Source: Candidatus Eiseniibacteriota bacterium
GTDB lineage: Bacteria; Eisenbacteria; RBG-16-71-46; JACRLI01
DNA: 64,000 bases
Assembly (NCBI GenBank): GCA_016235265.1
Contig: JACRLI010000022.1
Span: 9,257-73,256 of the forward strand
Direction of reading: 5' to 3'
Shown here: positions 41,523-50,745 of the stretch, one piece after another
Layout: each line of letters begins with the position of its first letter
Position numbering within the stretch: the stretch's first letter is position 1
Position numbers and translations under genes: made by a program
Notes under the pieces: generated by a model
What the model was told of the DNA's origin: nothing
Databases searched by the model: none
What the model saw: only the letters and a program-made list of their open reading frames with translations

Positions 41523-42200
41523 ATGAAAAAGGCTCTCGCTCTCGCACTGCTGGCTGTCATCGCCATCACGGGCAGCGCCGGCACCACGTTTGCCGTGACC
41601 GCCTCGCTGTACGCGCCGGCCAACGTCGGCATCACCTCGTTCGACTACACGGTGGATGGCAACCGCATCGACCTTTACGAGACCTGGGGCTCGGTGGGCT
41701 TTGGGTTCGTCATGCTCGACGACCTGGTGACCGGCGCCGACTACGTGGTGTACAAGCACATCACCAACAACACCGGCCTCACTTGGACCCGCTTCGCCAA
41801 CGAGCTGCTGGACCCGTTCGACGGCCCCGGCAGCAACGACGACCTGGACCCGCAGCCGTACCCGGCCTTCGTGCCGGAGCGGTTCTCCACCTCGAACGAT
41901 TACGACGGACTGAGCTTCGCCCAGGGTTCGGGAATCCCCCGCACCTCCGGCGCGTTCGCCTCGGTGTTCTCCGACGAGCTGACCGACGCCCGTGACTTCA
42001 TCGACTTCTTCGACGGCTCCGTCGGCGGCCTCGGTGGCACCGACCTCATGAGCTTCGGCCTGCGCGACAACCAGCACAACCAGCCGTTCCTGCTGGCGCA
42101 GCGCCCGAACGCCCGCTCGAAGGACCCCATCCCCGAGCCGTCGACCCTCGGCCTGCTGGGCCTGGGCCTGCTGGGCGTGGTCGCCCTGCGCCGCCGCTAA
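41523..42200 (+). CDS. PEP-CTERM sorting-domain protein (putative exosortase substrate)
   Basis: Signal peptide, then a C-terminal PEPSTLGLLGLGLLGVVALRRR (PEP motif + TM + basic tail); 225 aa. Confidence 0.85.
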   Translation: MKKALALALLAVIAITGSAGTTFAVTASLYAPANVGITSFDYTVDGNRIDLYETWGSVGFGFVMLDDLVTGADYVVYKHITNNTGLTWTRFANELLDPFDGPGSNDDLDPQPYPAFVPERFSTSNDYDGLSFAQGSGIPRTSGAFASVFSDELTDARDFIDFFDGSVGGLGGTDLMSFGLRDNQHNQPFLLAQRPNARSKDPIPEPSTLGLLGLGLLGVVALRRR

Positions 42201-42368
42201 TTTCCGGCAACATGTCTGCCTGCCGGCCGGTCTGGCCGCCGGCCGGTGGACCGACAGCGAACGAGGGAGGACGTCCGGGACGTCCTCCCTCGTCGTATGC
42301 GGGGCGGGCCTGCGTGACCGGACTTCATCGCGGCGCCGCTCCGGCAGGCACGACTGCCCACCGGGCTG

Positions 42369-43583
42369 CTACGACTTCCTTGTCGCTGTCGAGGGGCGCG
42401 TGTTGAGGAACCTGCTTTCCACCGCCAGGAAGTAGGCCTTGCCGGCGAAGTAGCCTCCCACCGCCAGCGCCACGGCCAGCGCCAGGTACAGGTACGGGTT
42501 GTGGGTGGCCGCCAGCGGTCCCAGGAGCTGCTTCATCACCGCCCTTGCGGGGACGTGCACCAGGTAGAGCGAGTACGAGAAGATGCCGGCCCGCGTCAGC
42601 CAGGCGACCACGCGGCCGGAGGGCCAGCGGCCCCCGCGCTCCAGCCGCACGCAGTAATTGAGCAGCGTGAAGAAGGTCATGCCCCACAGCGCGGGGGAGA
42701 GCGAGGGCACCGGGGCGGGGCCGGCCACCGGGAAGCGCGATTCCGCCAGCAGCGCCAGCGCCGCCCACACGGGCACCAGCCAGGGCGCCGAGCAGATGCG
42801 GGGGAGCTTCACCAGCCCGAAGTACCCCTCCACCGCCAGCATCCCCAGCGTCCACTGGATCCACAGGGAGAACGCGGAGGTGCGCACCAGCGTCCACCAC
42901 TCGGCTCCGCCCGGCACGCGCATGAGCAGCGGGGCGATCGCTGCGGGGAAGAGGATGCCCAGCACCAGGCTCGCCATCACCGCGCCGCCCACGCCGCGCG
43001 GCCTCCGCCACGCCAGCAGCACGAAGTACAGCGCGTAGAAGTACTCCTCGCGCGCCAGCGTCCAGAACGGGGGATTGCCGCCGCCCAGGTCGAAAAGCGG
43101 GTGGAGCCCGTGCAGCATGAACACGTGGCTCACGAAGTCCCACGCGATCCACGGCAGGCGGGGCTCGGGGTAGCGGGTCACCAGGGGCGTCTGGCGGCCC
43201 ATCCACACCGCGGTCAGCAGCAGCGCGGTGCTGATCAGCAGCATGAAGAAGTAGGGGGGATACAGGCGGTGGATGCGCCGCTTCCAGAAGCCGGCGAAGT
43301 CCGAATCGCCCACCCCTGTCTCCGCGAAGCGGCGGGCCCAGCGCATGTGGATGCAGAATCCGGAAATCACGAAGAACAGCGGCACGCCCAGGTCGCCGCG
43401 ATCCACCACCGCGTGGAGCGCCCGGAACCAGCCCAGGTGCATGGGCATGTTCTGGCCCCAGCCGAAGTTGATGGCGTGGTGGGCCACCACGGAGAGGGCG
43501 GCCACGCCGCGCAGGAAGTCCAGGGAGGTGAGGCGGGTGGTGGGCGCGGCCCAGGGGCCGGCCGCCCGTTGCTTGTGGGTCAC
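42369..43583 (-). CDS. acyltransferase family 3 (OafA/NolL-like) membrane protein
   Basis: LDFLRGVAALSVVAHH N-terminal motif and ~10 TM helices. A GTG start at 43583 is preferred; the ORF is open to 43775. Confidence 0.75.
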   Translation of the reverse strand: MTHKQRAAGPWAAPTTRLTSLDFLRGVAALSVVAHHAINFGWGQNMPMHLGWFRALHAVVDRGDLGVPLFFVISGFCIHMRWARRFAETGVGDSDFAGFWKRRIHRLYPPYFFMLLISTALLLTAVWMGRQTPLVTRYPEPRLPWIAWDFVSHVFMLHGLHPLFDLGGGNPPFWTLAREEYFYALYFVLLAWRRPRGVGGAVMASLVLGILFPAAIAPLLMRVPGGAEWWTLVRTSAFSLWIQWTLGMLAVEGYFGLVKLPRICSAPWLVPVWAALALLAESRFPVAGPAPVPSLSPALWGMTFFTLLNYCVRLERGGRWPSGRVVAWLTRAGIFSYSLYLVHVPARAVMKQLLGPLAATHNPYLYLALAVALAVGGYFAGKAYFLAVESRFLNTRPSTATRKS

Positions 43584-43792
43584 GTTCGCCGATGCCTCCG
43601 TGCTGGAACGGGTGTCCCGGCGGCGTGCCGGGACGGGAGCGTCAGGGTAGCGCGGTGGGTGGGGGGGTGTCCATTGACGGGCCCGCCCGGGGAGCCGTAC
43701 CATATCCACACATTTCCCGACGCGGTCCCCGGTACACGCATCCTTCCGGGGGCGGCCGTCCCGAGTCGCCCACATCTCTGAAAGAGCCCCAC

Positions 43793-44845
43793 ATGACCGA
43801 ACGCGAGCCGATCAAGGCCCTCGCCATGCTCTCCGGCGGCCTCGATTCATCCCTGGCGCTGCACCTGATCAAGGCGCAGGGGATCGAGGTCGAAGCGGTG
43901 AACTTCCACACGGGCTTCTGTCTCACCGACGCCCACCGGGCGCTGGGCCAGACGGCCAACAAGAATGGCACGCCGTACCGCAACGAGGCGCTGCGCGCCG
44001 GCGCGCACGAGCGGATCCCGGTGCGGGTGGTGGATGTCTCGAAGGACTACCTGCCGGTGGTGACACAGCCCCGTTACGGCTATGGCTCGGCGATGAACCC
44101 GTGCATCGACTGCCGCATCTTCATGCTCCGCCGCGCGCGCACGCTCATGGACGAGATCGGCGCGAAGTTCGTGTTCACCGGTGAGGTGCTGGGCCAGCGC
44201 CCCATGACCCAGCACCTGCGCGCGCTGCAGCTCATCGAGCGCGAGGCCGGGCTGGAGGGGCTGGTGTTGCGCCCGCTGTCCGCCCGGTTGCTGCCGCCGA
44301 CGATCCCGGAGAAGGAAGGCTGGGTGGACCGCGAGCAGCTGATGAACATCTCGGGGCGCAGCCGCCGGGCCCAGATCGAGCTGGCGGACCAGTTCCAGAT
44401 CGGCGAGTACCCGCAGCCCGCCGGGGGCTGCTGCTCGCTGGTGGACGCCAACTTCGGGCGGCGCCTGCGCGACCTCTACGCGCACCGCGACCCGGAGTCC
44501 ATCCAGCCCGAGGAGTACGTGATGCTCAAGCTGGGCCGGCACCTGAGGCTGGCGCCGGGGCTCAAGCTGATCGTGGGCCGCAACGAGGGCGAGAACAAGT
44601 TCCTCGAGATGTGGCGCGGAGAGCGGTGGCTGCTGGGCACCCCCGACCACCCCGGCCCGCTGACGCTGCTGGACGGCGAGCCCACCGCTGAGCAGTTGCT
44701 GGAGTGCGCGCGCATCGCGGCCCGCTACTGCGACGGCAAGCGGGAGCCGAAAGTGCGGGTGCTGGCCTCGCGCCGGAGCGGCGAGTCCCGCGAGCTGGAC
44801 GTGGCGCCGCGCGGGGAGTACGAGCTTGCGTCTCGACTCCTGTGA
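43793..44845 (+). CDS. PP-loop ATP pyrophosphatase (ThiI/MnmA-like sulfurtransferase family)
   Basis: ALAMLSGGLDSSLALHL PP-loop and a conserved CIDC Cys pair; 350 aa. The C-terminal ~100 aa are unassigned. Confidence 0.7.
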   Translation: MTEREPIKALAMLSGGLDSSLALHLIKAQGIEVEAVNFHTGFCLTDAHRALGQTANKNGTPYRNEALRAGAHERIPVRVVDVSKDYLPVVTQPRYGYGSAMNPCIDCRIFMLRRARTLMDEIGAKFVFTGEVLGQRPMTQHLRALQLIEREAGLEGLVLRPLSARLLPPTIPEKEGWVDREQLMNISGRSRRAQIELADQFQIGEYPQPAGGCCSLVDANFGRRLRDLYAHRDPESIQPEEYVMLKLGRHLRLAPGLKLIVGRNEGENKFLEMWRGERWLLGTPDHPGPLTLLDGEPTAEQLLECARIAARYCDGKREPKVRVLASRRSGESRELDVAPRGEYELASRLL

Positions 44846-45083
44846 TGCCGTGCGCGCCGACCACGTGCTGGCGGTGGAGGGGCTGTTCTGCCCCATCCCC
44901 ATCGCGCGCGCGACCGAGCGCATGGTCACCGTCGCGGCGGGCGAAGTGCTCGAGATCCGCGCCACCGACCCGGGCGTGATCATTGACGTGCCCGCATGGT
45001 GCCATTCCGCGGGGCACGAGTTCCTGGGCTATTTCCGGGGCGGACCGCGCATCACGTGCTGGGTGAGGAAGTGTGTGAAGTAG
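44826..45083 (+). CDS. TusA/SirA-like sulfur carrier protein
   Basis: CPxP motif (LFCPIPI) in an ~80-aa protein; overlaps the PP-loop gene by 20 nt. Confidence 0.7.
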   Translation: MRLDSCDAVRADHVLAVEGLFCPIPIARATERMVTVAAGEVLEIRATDPGVIIDVPAWCHSAGHEFLGYFRGGPRITCWVRKCVK

Positions 45084-45508
45084 TCCAGGCAGGTCAGGAA
45101 TGAATGCCTGCCTCCAACCGCAGGCCGGGAGCACCTGTGCCCCAGAATGAGTCTTCCGACTTCCGAGGGCCCCCTTCACCCGGAAGTTTCGGAGGATTGG
45201 AGCAGCGTGTGCAGAGATCCTGTACGTGCCCACCGATGATCACACCAACAGCCCCCGAATTGCATCGCACCCATATGGGTCGGGCAGCTATGCTCTCCGC
45301 ATCGGGACACTGGGTGGGTACGGATGTGCCTGCGTCCTCAAGCGGTTCGCAAGCGGAGCCTTGGAGTGCCCACAGAGTTGGTTGCCTTCGGCGCAGTCCC
45401 AGCTGCCCTGAGAGCCCGAGGACGATAACAAAGGTCGGAGACGTCTTCGGCTTTCCGCCAACGGAGTTCCTTGGAGGTGGTTGCGTGGCGGCCGTACTCC
45501 GTTGCTGA

Positions 45509-46378
45509 ATGCGCCAGAGGAGGTCGGAGGTGCGCAATCTCTCAGACACGATCAGGCGGATCCGCGTCAGCGCTGAGGAGGGCCATCGGCTGCTGGTTGG
45601 CCTCGACTTCGACGGGACATTGGCCCCCTTCGTCGAGCATCCACACCTCGCGCGCATGGACGAACACGTGCGCAACGCCGTGGAAACGCTGGCCCGGGAT
45701 CCTGGGGCGCGGGTCGCCATCGTGAGCAGTCGGGGCCTGCACGACCTGGAGGAGCGCGTGGGGGTGGCCGGGGTCGATCTTGTGGCCAGCCAGGGCTTGG
45801 AGTTGCGGGTTGACGACCAGGAGTTGACGCTCCCCAGTTTCGGTGAGGTGGATCCGTTCTGGAGCGCAGCAATCCAAGGTGTGCTAGTGGACTACCCCGG
45901 CAGCTGGCTGGAGATCAAACCCGCTGCCCTGGCGGTGCATCTGCGAAACCTCCGGCAAGGCAGCCGCGTGGAACTTGAGCGCCGCCTGCGGACTCTACCC
46001 GGCAATCCCGCCCGCGCCGCTGCGAAGTCAGGATGGATGAGGTGCCGGCAGACGCTGGAGTGGGCTCCGGCTGGGGCGGGCAAGGAGCGCGGCCTGCGCG
46101 CGCTGCTGGAGCGCTGGGAGAGGTCGGAGTACGATATATTGCTCTACGCCGGAGACGACGAGAACGACGCCGAGGCGATGCGCGAGGTGCAGGTGCTCGG
46201 TGGGATTGCCCTCGGTGTTGGGGGGGACGCTCCGCCCGAGGCGGAGTTCCACCTGGCCGACATCGGCGAGCTGGCTACGTTCCTTCGGCTGGCGGCCGGA
46301 GGCCTGAGGGCGCACCGGGCTTGTTTGCGAGCACCGACCGTGAGGAGAACGGAGGCGCGGCATGAACGACCGGAATGA
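45509..46378 (+). CDS. otsB: trehalose-6-phosphate phosphatase (HAD family)
   Basis: LLVGLDFDGTLAP (DxDGT motif I), SSRG motif II, GDDEND motif IV. An alternative GTG start at 45530 has a better RBS (GAGGAGG). Confidence 0.85.
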   Translation: MRQRRSEVRNLSDTIRRIRVSAEEGHRLLVGLDFDGTLAPFVEHPHLARMDEHVRNAVETLARDPGARVAIVSSRGLHDLEERVGVAGVDLVASQGLELRVDDQELTLPSFGEVDPFWSAAIQGVLVDYPGSWLEIKPAALAVHLRNLRQGSRVELERRLRTLPGNPARAAAKSGWMRCRQTLEWAPAGAGKERGLRALLERWERSEYDILLYAGDDENDAEAMREVQVLGGIALGVGGDAPPEAEFHLADIGELATFLRLAAGGLRAHRACLRAPTVRRTEARHERPE

Positions 46379-47966
46379 GCCTCGCGGCGCGGGCGCCAAT
46401 CCCGGGGTCCTCGAGCGCGTGCAGGGCGCGCTCAGCCAGGCCGTGAAGCGTCAGTTCCTGCACCGTCCGCTGACGGGCCATTTCGACGCGGTTCTGTTGC
46501 GTGCTTGGGCCGAGGAGGCCTTATCCGGCCGGCGCCTGATTATCGTCTCCAACCGCGAGCCCTATTCTCATGTCCGGTCTGGAGATGGAGTTCGTGTGCT
46601 ACGCAACCCCGGCGGGCTGGTGGTCGCGCTCGACGCCGTCCTGCGCGCCACCGGGGGTGTTTGGGTGGCGCACGGGTCCGGCGATGCCGATCTTGAGCAG
46701 TCCGATTCCGCCGGGCGGGTTCGCGTTCCCGTGGATGCCCCAGCCTACACGCTGGCGCGGACGTGGCTGAGCCAGGAGGAACAGGATGGGTACTATTCCG
46801 GATTCTCGAACGGCGCGCTGTGGCCGCTGTGCCACGTGGCCTACGTCCGGCCTCGATTCGAGCTCTCGGACTGGAACCAGTACGAGGCGGTGAACCGCAA
46901 GTTCGCCCAGGCGGTGTTGGGTGTGGCGGGATCGACGCGGGCGGTGGTGCTGCTCCAGGACTATCACCTCGGGCTGTGCGCGAAATTCATCAAGGAGGAG
47001 CGTCCCGACATCCCGGTGGGACTGTTTTGGCACATTCCGTGGCCCAACCCGGAGATCTTCCGGATCCTCCCATGGAAGACCCCCTTCCTCGAGGGCCTGC
47101 TGGCCAACGACCTGCTCGGTTTTCACCTCCGGTACCACGGGATGAACTTCCTGGACACGGTGTCCGCGGAGCTGGAGGCGCGGGTAGACCTGGCCCGGAT
47201 GTCCGTGGAGCGGCGCGGGCACCTCACCAAGGTGCGGGCGTTCCCAATCAGCACTGACATCGATGGGATCGCCGCCCAGGCGGAGAGCCCCGAGTGCCTT
47301 CGGGCCACGGCACGCTGGCGGGAGCGCCTAGGTGTCGGTGGGCATCTCGTCGGGCTGGGGGTGGATCGCCTGGACTACACGAAGGGCATCCCCGAGCGCA
47401 TGACCGCGTTGCGTCGGCTCTTTGAGAAGCACCCGGAATGGCGGGGGCGCCTCAAGTTCATCCAACTGGGCGTGCCCAGCAGGGTGATGCTCGACGAGTA
47501 CCGCCGGCTCACGGAGCGGCTGGATGAGCAGGTCCGCGCGCTGAACGCGGAGTTCGGATCTCCGGACGACCCGGTGGTGCATTTCCTCAAGGGGGATTTC
47601 GACTTCGCGGACGTGATCGCCCGGTACCGTCTGGGTGACTTCGCCGCCGTCACGTCACTGCACGACGGGATGAACCTGGTGGCCAAGGAATACGTCGCTG
47701 CGCGCAGCGACCTGGGCGGGGCGCTCATTCTGAGCCCGTTCACCGGTGCGGCCCGGGAGCTGCAGGAAGCGGTGCTGGTCAACCCGTACGACGCGGATGC
47801 GCTGGCGGATGCGTTCCATCAGGTACTCAGCGGGCCACCCGAGACTTCGCGAGCGCGCATGGCGGCACTGCGCGAGAGGCTGCACCGACACACGATTTAT
47901 GACTGGGCGAAGGAGCTCCTGGAGTCCATCCGGAGGCTCGGGCCCGGTCCTCATGAAGCGAGGTGA
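46362..47966 (+). CDS. otsA: alpha,alpha-trehalose-phosphate synthase (GT20)
   Basis: LIIVSNREPY..., FWHIPWP, LQDYHL, ...LHDGMNLVAKEY... are GT20/OtsA signatures; 534 aa. Confidence 0.92.
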   Translation: MNDRNEPRGAGANPGVLERVQGALSQAVKRQFLHRPLTGHFDAVLLRAWAEEALSGRRLIIVSNREPYSHVRSGDGVRVLRNPGGLVVALDAVLRATGGVWVAHGSGDADLEQSDSAGRVRVPVDAPAYTLARTWLSQEEQDGYYSGFSNGALWPLCHVAYVRPRFELSDWNQYEAVNRKFAQAVLGVAGSTRAVVLLQDYHLGLCAKFIKEERPDIPVGLFWHIPWPNPEIFRILPWKTPFLEGLLANDLLGFHLRYHGMNFLDTVSAELEARVDLARMSVERRGHLTKVRAFPISTDIDGIAAQAESPECLRATARWRERLGVGGHLVGLGVDRLDYTKGIPERMTALRRLFEKHPEWRGRLKFIQLGVPSRVMLDEYRRLTERLDEQVRALNAEFGSPDDPVVHFLKGDFDFADVIARYRLGDFAAVTSLHDGMNLVAKEYVAARSDLGGALILSPFTGAARELQEAVLVNPYDADALADAFHQVLSGPPETSRARMAALRERLHRHTIYDWAKELLESIRRLGPGPHEAR

Positions 47967-47969
47967 CCC

Positions 47970-48701
47970 TTGAAAAGCGTTTTGCTTGCAGTGGGTGCGT
48001 CCACACCGGCCCCGCTGGGCGATCGGCTGGGCTGGCTGGGCACCGGGGTGAGGGATGCCGCCACCAACGTCGGCCTGGCGCTGGTGGTCCTCGCGGTCGG
48101 CTGGCTGCTGGCCCGCGTGTGTCTGGCACTGGTGCAGTGGCTGCTGCGCAAGCTGCGGTTCAACCACGTCGTCCGGCGAATTCTCGGCCAGTCCTCGCTG
48201 GCCGGGAGTCTGGAGGCATCCACCACAGCCGGCTGGATCGTGTTCTGGGGAATCATGCTGCTGGCTATGATGGTGTCGCTGGACCTCGTGGGGATCCACG
48301 TGCGGGATGCCGTGGGCCAGCGGCTGGCGGAGGTGCTGCCGCGCATCGTGGTGGCCTCGTTCGTCGCTCTCGGAGGAGTGCTCGCGGCGGTCCTGGTCGG
48401 GGTCGTGATCCGTTCCGCGTTGCGGGGGATGGGCTGGATGCGCCCGGCGGTCGGCGCGCAACTGGGGTCTGCCGCCGTCCTGGTCTTCGCCGGCCTGCTG
48501 GCTCTGGAGCAACTGGGTCTGGCCGCGCAGTTGGTGGTCGGGGTGGGGCTGATCCTGGTCGCGGCCGTCGGGCTTGCAGCCGGGCTGGCATTCGGCCTGG
48601 GTTGCCGTGACCTGGCGCGCGACCTGCTGATCGAGTACCTGCGCTCCCTGGATGGGCAGGGAGGCTCAGCGCGATCGCGGACCGGCACAGAGAGCGAGTG
48701 A
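47970..48701 (+). CDS. membrane protein with conserved TM-helix repeats (MscS-associated type)
   Basis: TTG start. Repeated Gly/Ala/Leu-rich TM helices. 243 aa. Confidence 0.55.
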   Translation: MKSVLLAVGASTPAPLGDRLGWLGTGVRDAATNVGLALVVLAVGWLLARVCLALVQWLLRKLRFNHVVRRILGQSSLAGSLEASTTAGWIVFWGIMLLAMMVSLDLVGIHVRDAVGQRLAEVLPRIVVASFVALGGVLAAVLVGVVIRSALRGMGWMRPAVGAQLGSAAVLVFAGLLALEQLGLAAQLVVGVGLILVAAVGLAAGLAFGLGCRDLARDLLIEYLRSLDGQGGSARSRTGTESE

Positions 48702-49453
48702 TGCTCGCGGCGTTCGAGTTCTCCAGCGTTGTGTACCTGGTCGAGCCTACGGGTGCGGTAGCCAGGAATCTCCTTGAGCTTCGCGAGGGGATCCGGCAGG
48801 CGGAACCGCGCAGCCTGTTCTATCACGCGTACGAACCCCTGCTGCGCGACCCCGGGGCGGACGAACCGCCCCCGCACGACTTCGCTCACTGGTGCGAGCA
48901 TGTTCTGCTGCATCCTGAGGCGGCCGAGCGCCTGGAATTCGCGTCGGTGTCGAGTGGGCAGGGGCTCGAGTCGCTGCGGGAGGCCCTGGTGTCCGTGCTG
49001 GACGACCTGTGCCGCGACGACCGGGCCCGCCGGGAGGCGCCGCTCGAGCTGGGCCTTCGGCTTCACCGCTGGCACACGCTCGCTGTGCGCTCGGGGCTGG
49101 CAGCTCGGGATGCCTACGAGATGATCGAGTGTGTCGAGGCGCTGGACGACGAGGGTTTCCTCTTCCATTTCCATGAGGCAGCGGAATTCTCAACGGAATC
49201 GGCCGGTGACCTGGTCGCGTGGCTGGAGGAGTCCGGGGCCGAGCGCCATGCGCGCGTGGCCCGGGAAGTCCAATCCTCGCGCGCGGGCCTGCACGCGGCG
49301 AGGCGTTCCCTGCTGCGGCGCTGGCGTCAGCGCTCCATCCCGGCCCGGCTGGTGGCCAAGGCCGGGGAGCCGGAGGCGGCACGCAGGGGGGAGGCGCGTG
49401 ACGTGATGACGCGCTTGGTGCGCGGGTGGCGCCGGGATGCGGAGCCCAAGTGA
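48698..49453 (+). CDS. conserved hypothetical protein in the trehalose module
   Basis: TGATG overlap upstream and GTGA overlap downstream. 251 aa with strong GC3 codon bias. No family recognised. Confidence 0.5.
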   Translation: MMLAAFEFSSVVYLVEPTGAVARNLLELREGIRQAEPRSLFYHAYEPLLRDPGADEPPPHDFAHWCEHVLLHPEAAERLEFASVSSGQGLESLREALVSVLDDLCRDDRARREAPLELGLRLHRWHTLAVRSGLAARDAYEMIECVEALDDEGFLFHFHEAAEFSTESAGDLVAWLEESGAERHARVAREVQSSRAGLHAARRSLLRRWRQRSIPARLVAKAGEPEAARRGEARDVMTRLVRGWRRDAEPK

Positions 49454-50745
49454 ACGCGACGACCTCGCTTCTGGAGCGCTACCGGGGCCTGGTGGACGGG
49501 GCAGACCTCCACGTGCTGGAGCAGCTCGCGCGGGTGCTGCGCGGGCGGCGGTTGGTCATGGTGAATTCGACCGCCGTCGGGGGAGGTGTGGCGGAGATCC
49601 TGCGCCGGATGGTCGAGCTGCTGCGCGCGTTGGACGTGGACGTAGAGTGGGAAGTGATGGGCGGGGACGACGCGTTCTTCGAGGTGACCAAAGCCATCCA
49701 CAACGGGCTGCACGGCCGCCGCGTCGAGCTCACCCGGGAGATGCGCGAGGCATATGCCCGGCGCACGGAGCTCGAGGCTGGGCGGCTGAAGCTGGACGGC
49801 GACATCATCATGATCCACGACCCCCAGCCGGCCGGGCTTGCGGCGCTGCGGCGTCGGCCTGGCCAGACGTGGATCTGGCGCTGCCATATCGACCTATCAG
49901 GGCCCGACCCGGAGGTTTGGCGGTTCCTGGAGCCCGAAGTGCTCCGGCATGACGCGACGATCTTCTCGGCCTCCGAGTTCGTGCAGCAGCTGGCCATTCC
50001 GTCGTACGTGGCGCCGCCCTCGATCGATCCGTTCGCGGACAAGAACCGTGAGCTTTCGCGCGAGGAGACGGAGGAGGCGCTCAAGGGGCTGGGAGTGCAC
50101 GGCCGCACCCCCCTGGTTTCCCAGGTATCCCGTTTTGACCGCCTGAAAGACCCGGTTGGTGTGGTGCAGGCGTTCGCCCGCGTCAGGCGCAAGACGAGGG
50201 CGCATCTAGTGCTGGTTGGTGGAAGTGCGGACGACGATCCCGAGGGTGCCGCGGTTCTTGCGGAGACCCGCGAGGCCGCCCGAAACGTGCCGGACGTGAC
50301 CATCCTGGACCTACCCAACGACTCCAACGTCATGATCAACGCCATTCAGAGGGAGTCTGCGGTGGTGCTCCAGAAGTCGCTGCGGGAGGGTTTCGCCCTG
50401 ACGGTCTCTGAGGCCCTGTGGAAGGAGCGCGCGGTGGTCGCTTCGGCAGTCGGAGGAATCCCTCTGCAGGTTCTCCATGGCAGGACCGGTATGCTGGTCC
50501 ATTCCGTGGATGGTGCCGCCTATCAGATTCTCCGTTTGCTGGAGTACCCGGGCCTGCGCCGCCGACTGGGTGTCGCGGGCCGCAAGCATGTGCTCCGGCG
50601 GTTCCTGCTGCCTAGGGAGACGCGGGACTATCTGGCCGTGGCGGTGTCTGCGCTGGCGCGACGGACCGTTATTCAGGGGGTAAGTTTCGATGGGGTGGCC
50701 GGAGCGTACGATTCGATCGGAGTTTCGAGCCGGGGAGTGCGATGA
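49450..50745 (+). CDS. GT4 glycosyltransferase, TreT-like trehalose synthase
   Basis: N-terminal VMVNSTAVGGGVAEILRRMVELLRALDVDVEWEVM...FFEVTKAIHNGLHG matches the TreT signature (VNSTxxGGGVAEIL) as I recall it; GT-B C-terminal domain. 431 aa. Confidence 0.7.
   Translation: MNATTSLLERYRGLVDGADLHVLEQLARVLRGRRLVMVNSTAVGGGVAEILRRMVELLRALDVDVEWEVMGGDDAFFEVTKAIHNGLHGRRVELTREMREAYARRTELEAGRLKLDGDIIMIHDPQPAGLAALRRRPGQTWIWRCHIDLSGPDPEVWRFLEPEVLRHDATIFSASEFVQQLAIPSYVAPPSIDPFADKNRELSREETEEALKGLGVHGRTPLVSQVSRFDRLKDPVGVVQAFARVRRKTRAHLVLVGGSADDDPEGAAVLAETREAARNVPDVTILDLPNDSNVMINAIQRESAVVLQKSLREGFALTVSEALWKERAVVASAVGGIPLQVLHGRTGMLVHSVDGAAYQILRLLEYPGLRRRLGVAGRKHVLRRFLLPRETRDYLAVAVSALARRTVIQGVSFDGVAGAYDSIGVSSRGVR

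Noticed and set aside
45084-45130. GGCAGGUCAGGAAUGAAUGCCUGCC stem-loop as SRP (4.5S) RNA domain IV
   Set aside because: It lacks the conserved GGAAGGAAGCAGC / asymmetric-loop signature of SRP RNA. More likely a weak terminator after the TusA-like gene.
45094-45720. 208-aa minus-strand ORF spanning the otsB upstream region
   Set aside because: Ser/Arg/Thr-rich, no homology. It overlaps the otsB start and the reduced-GC intergenic region.
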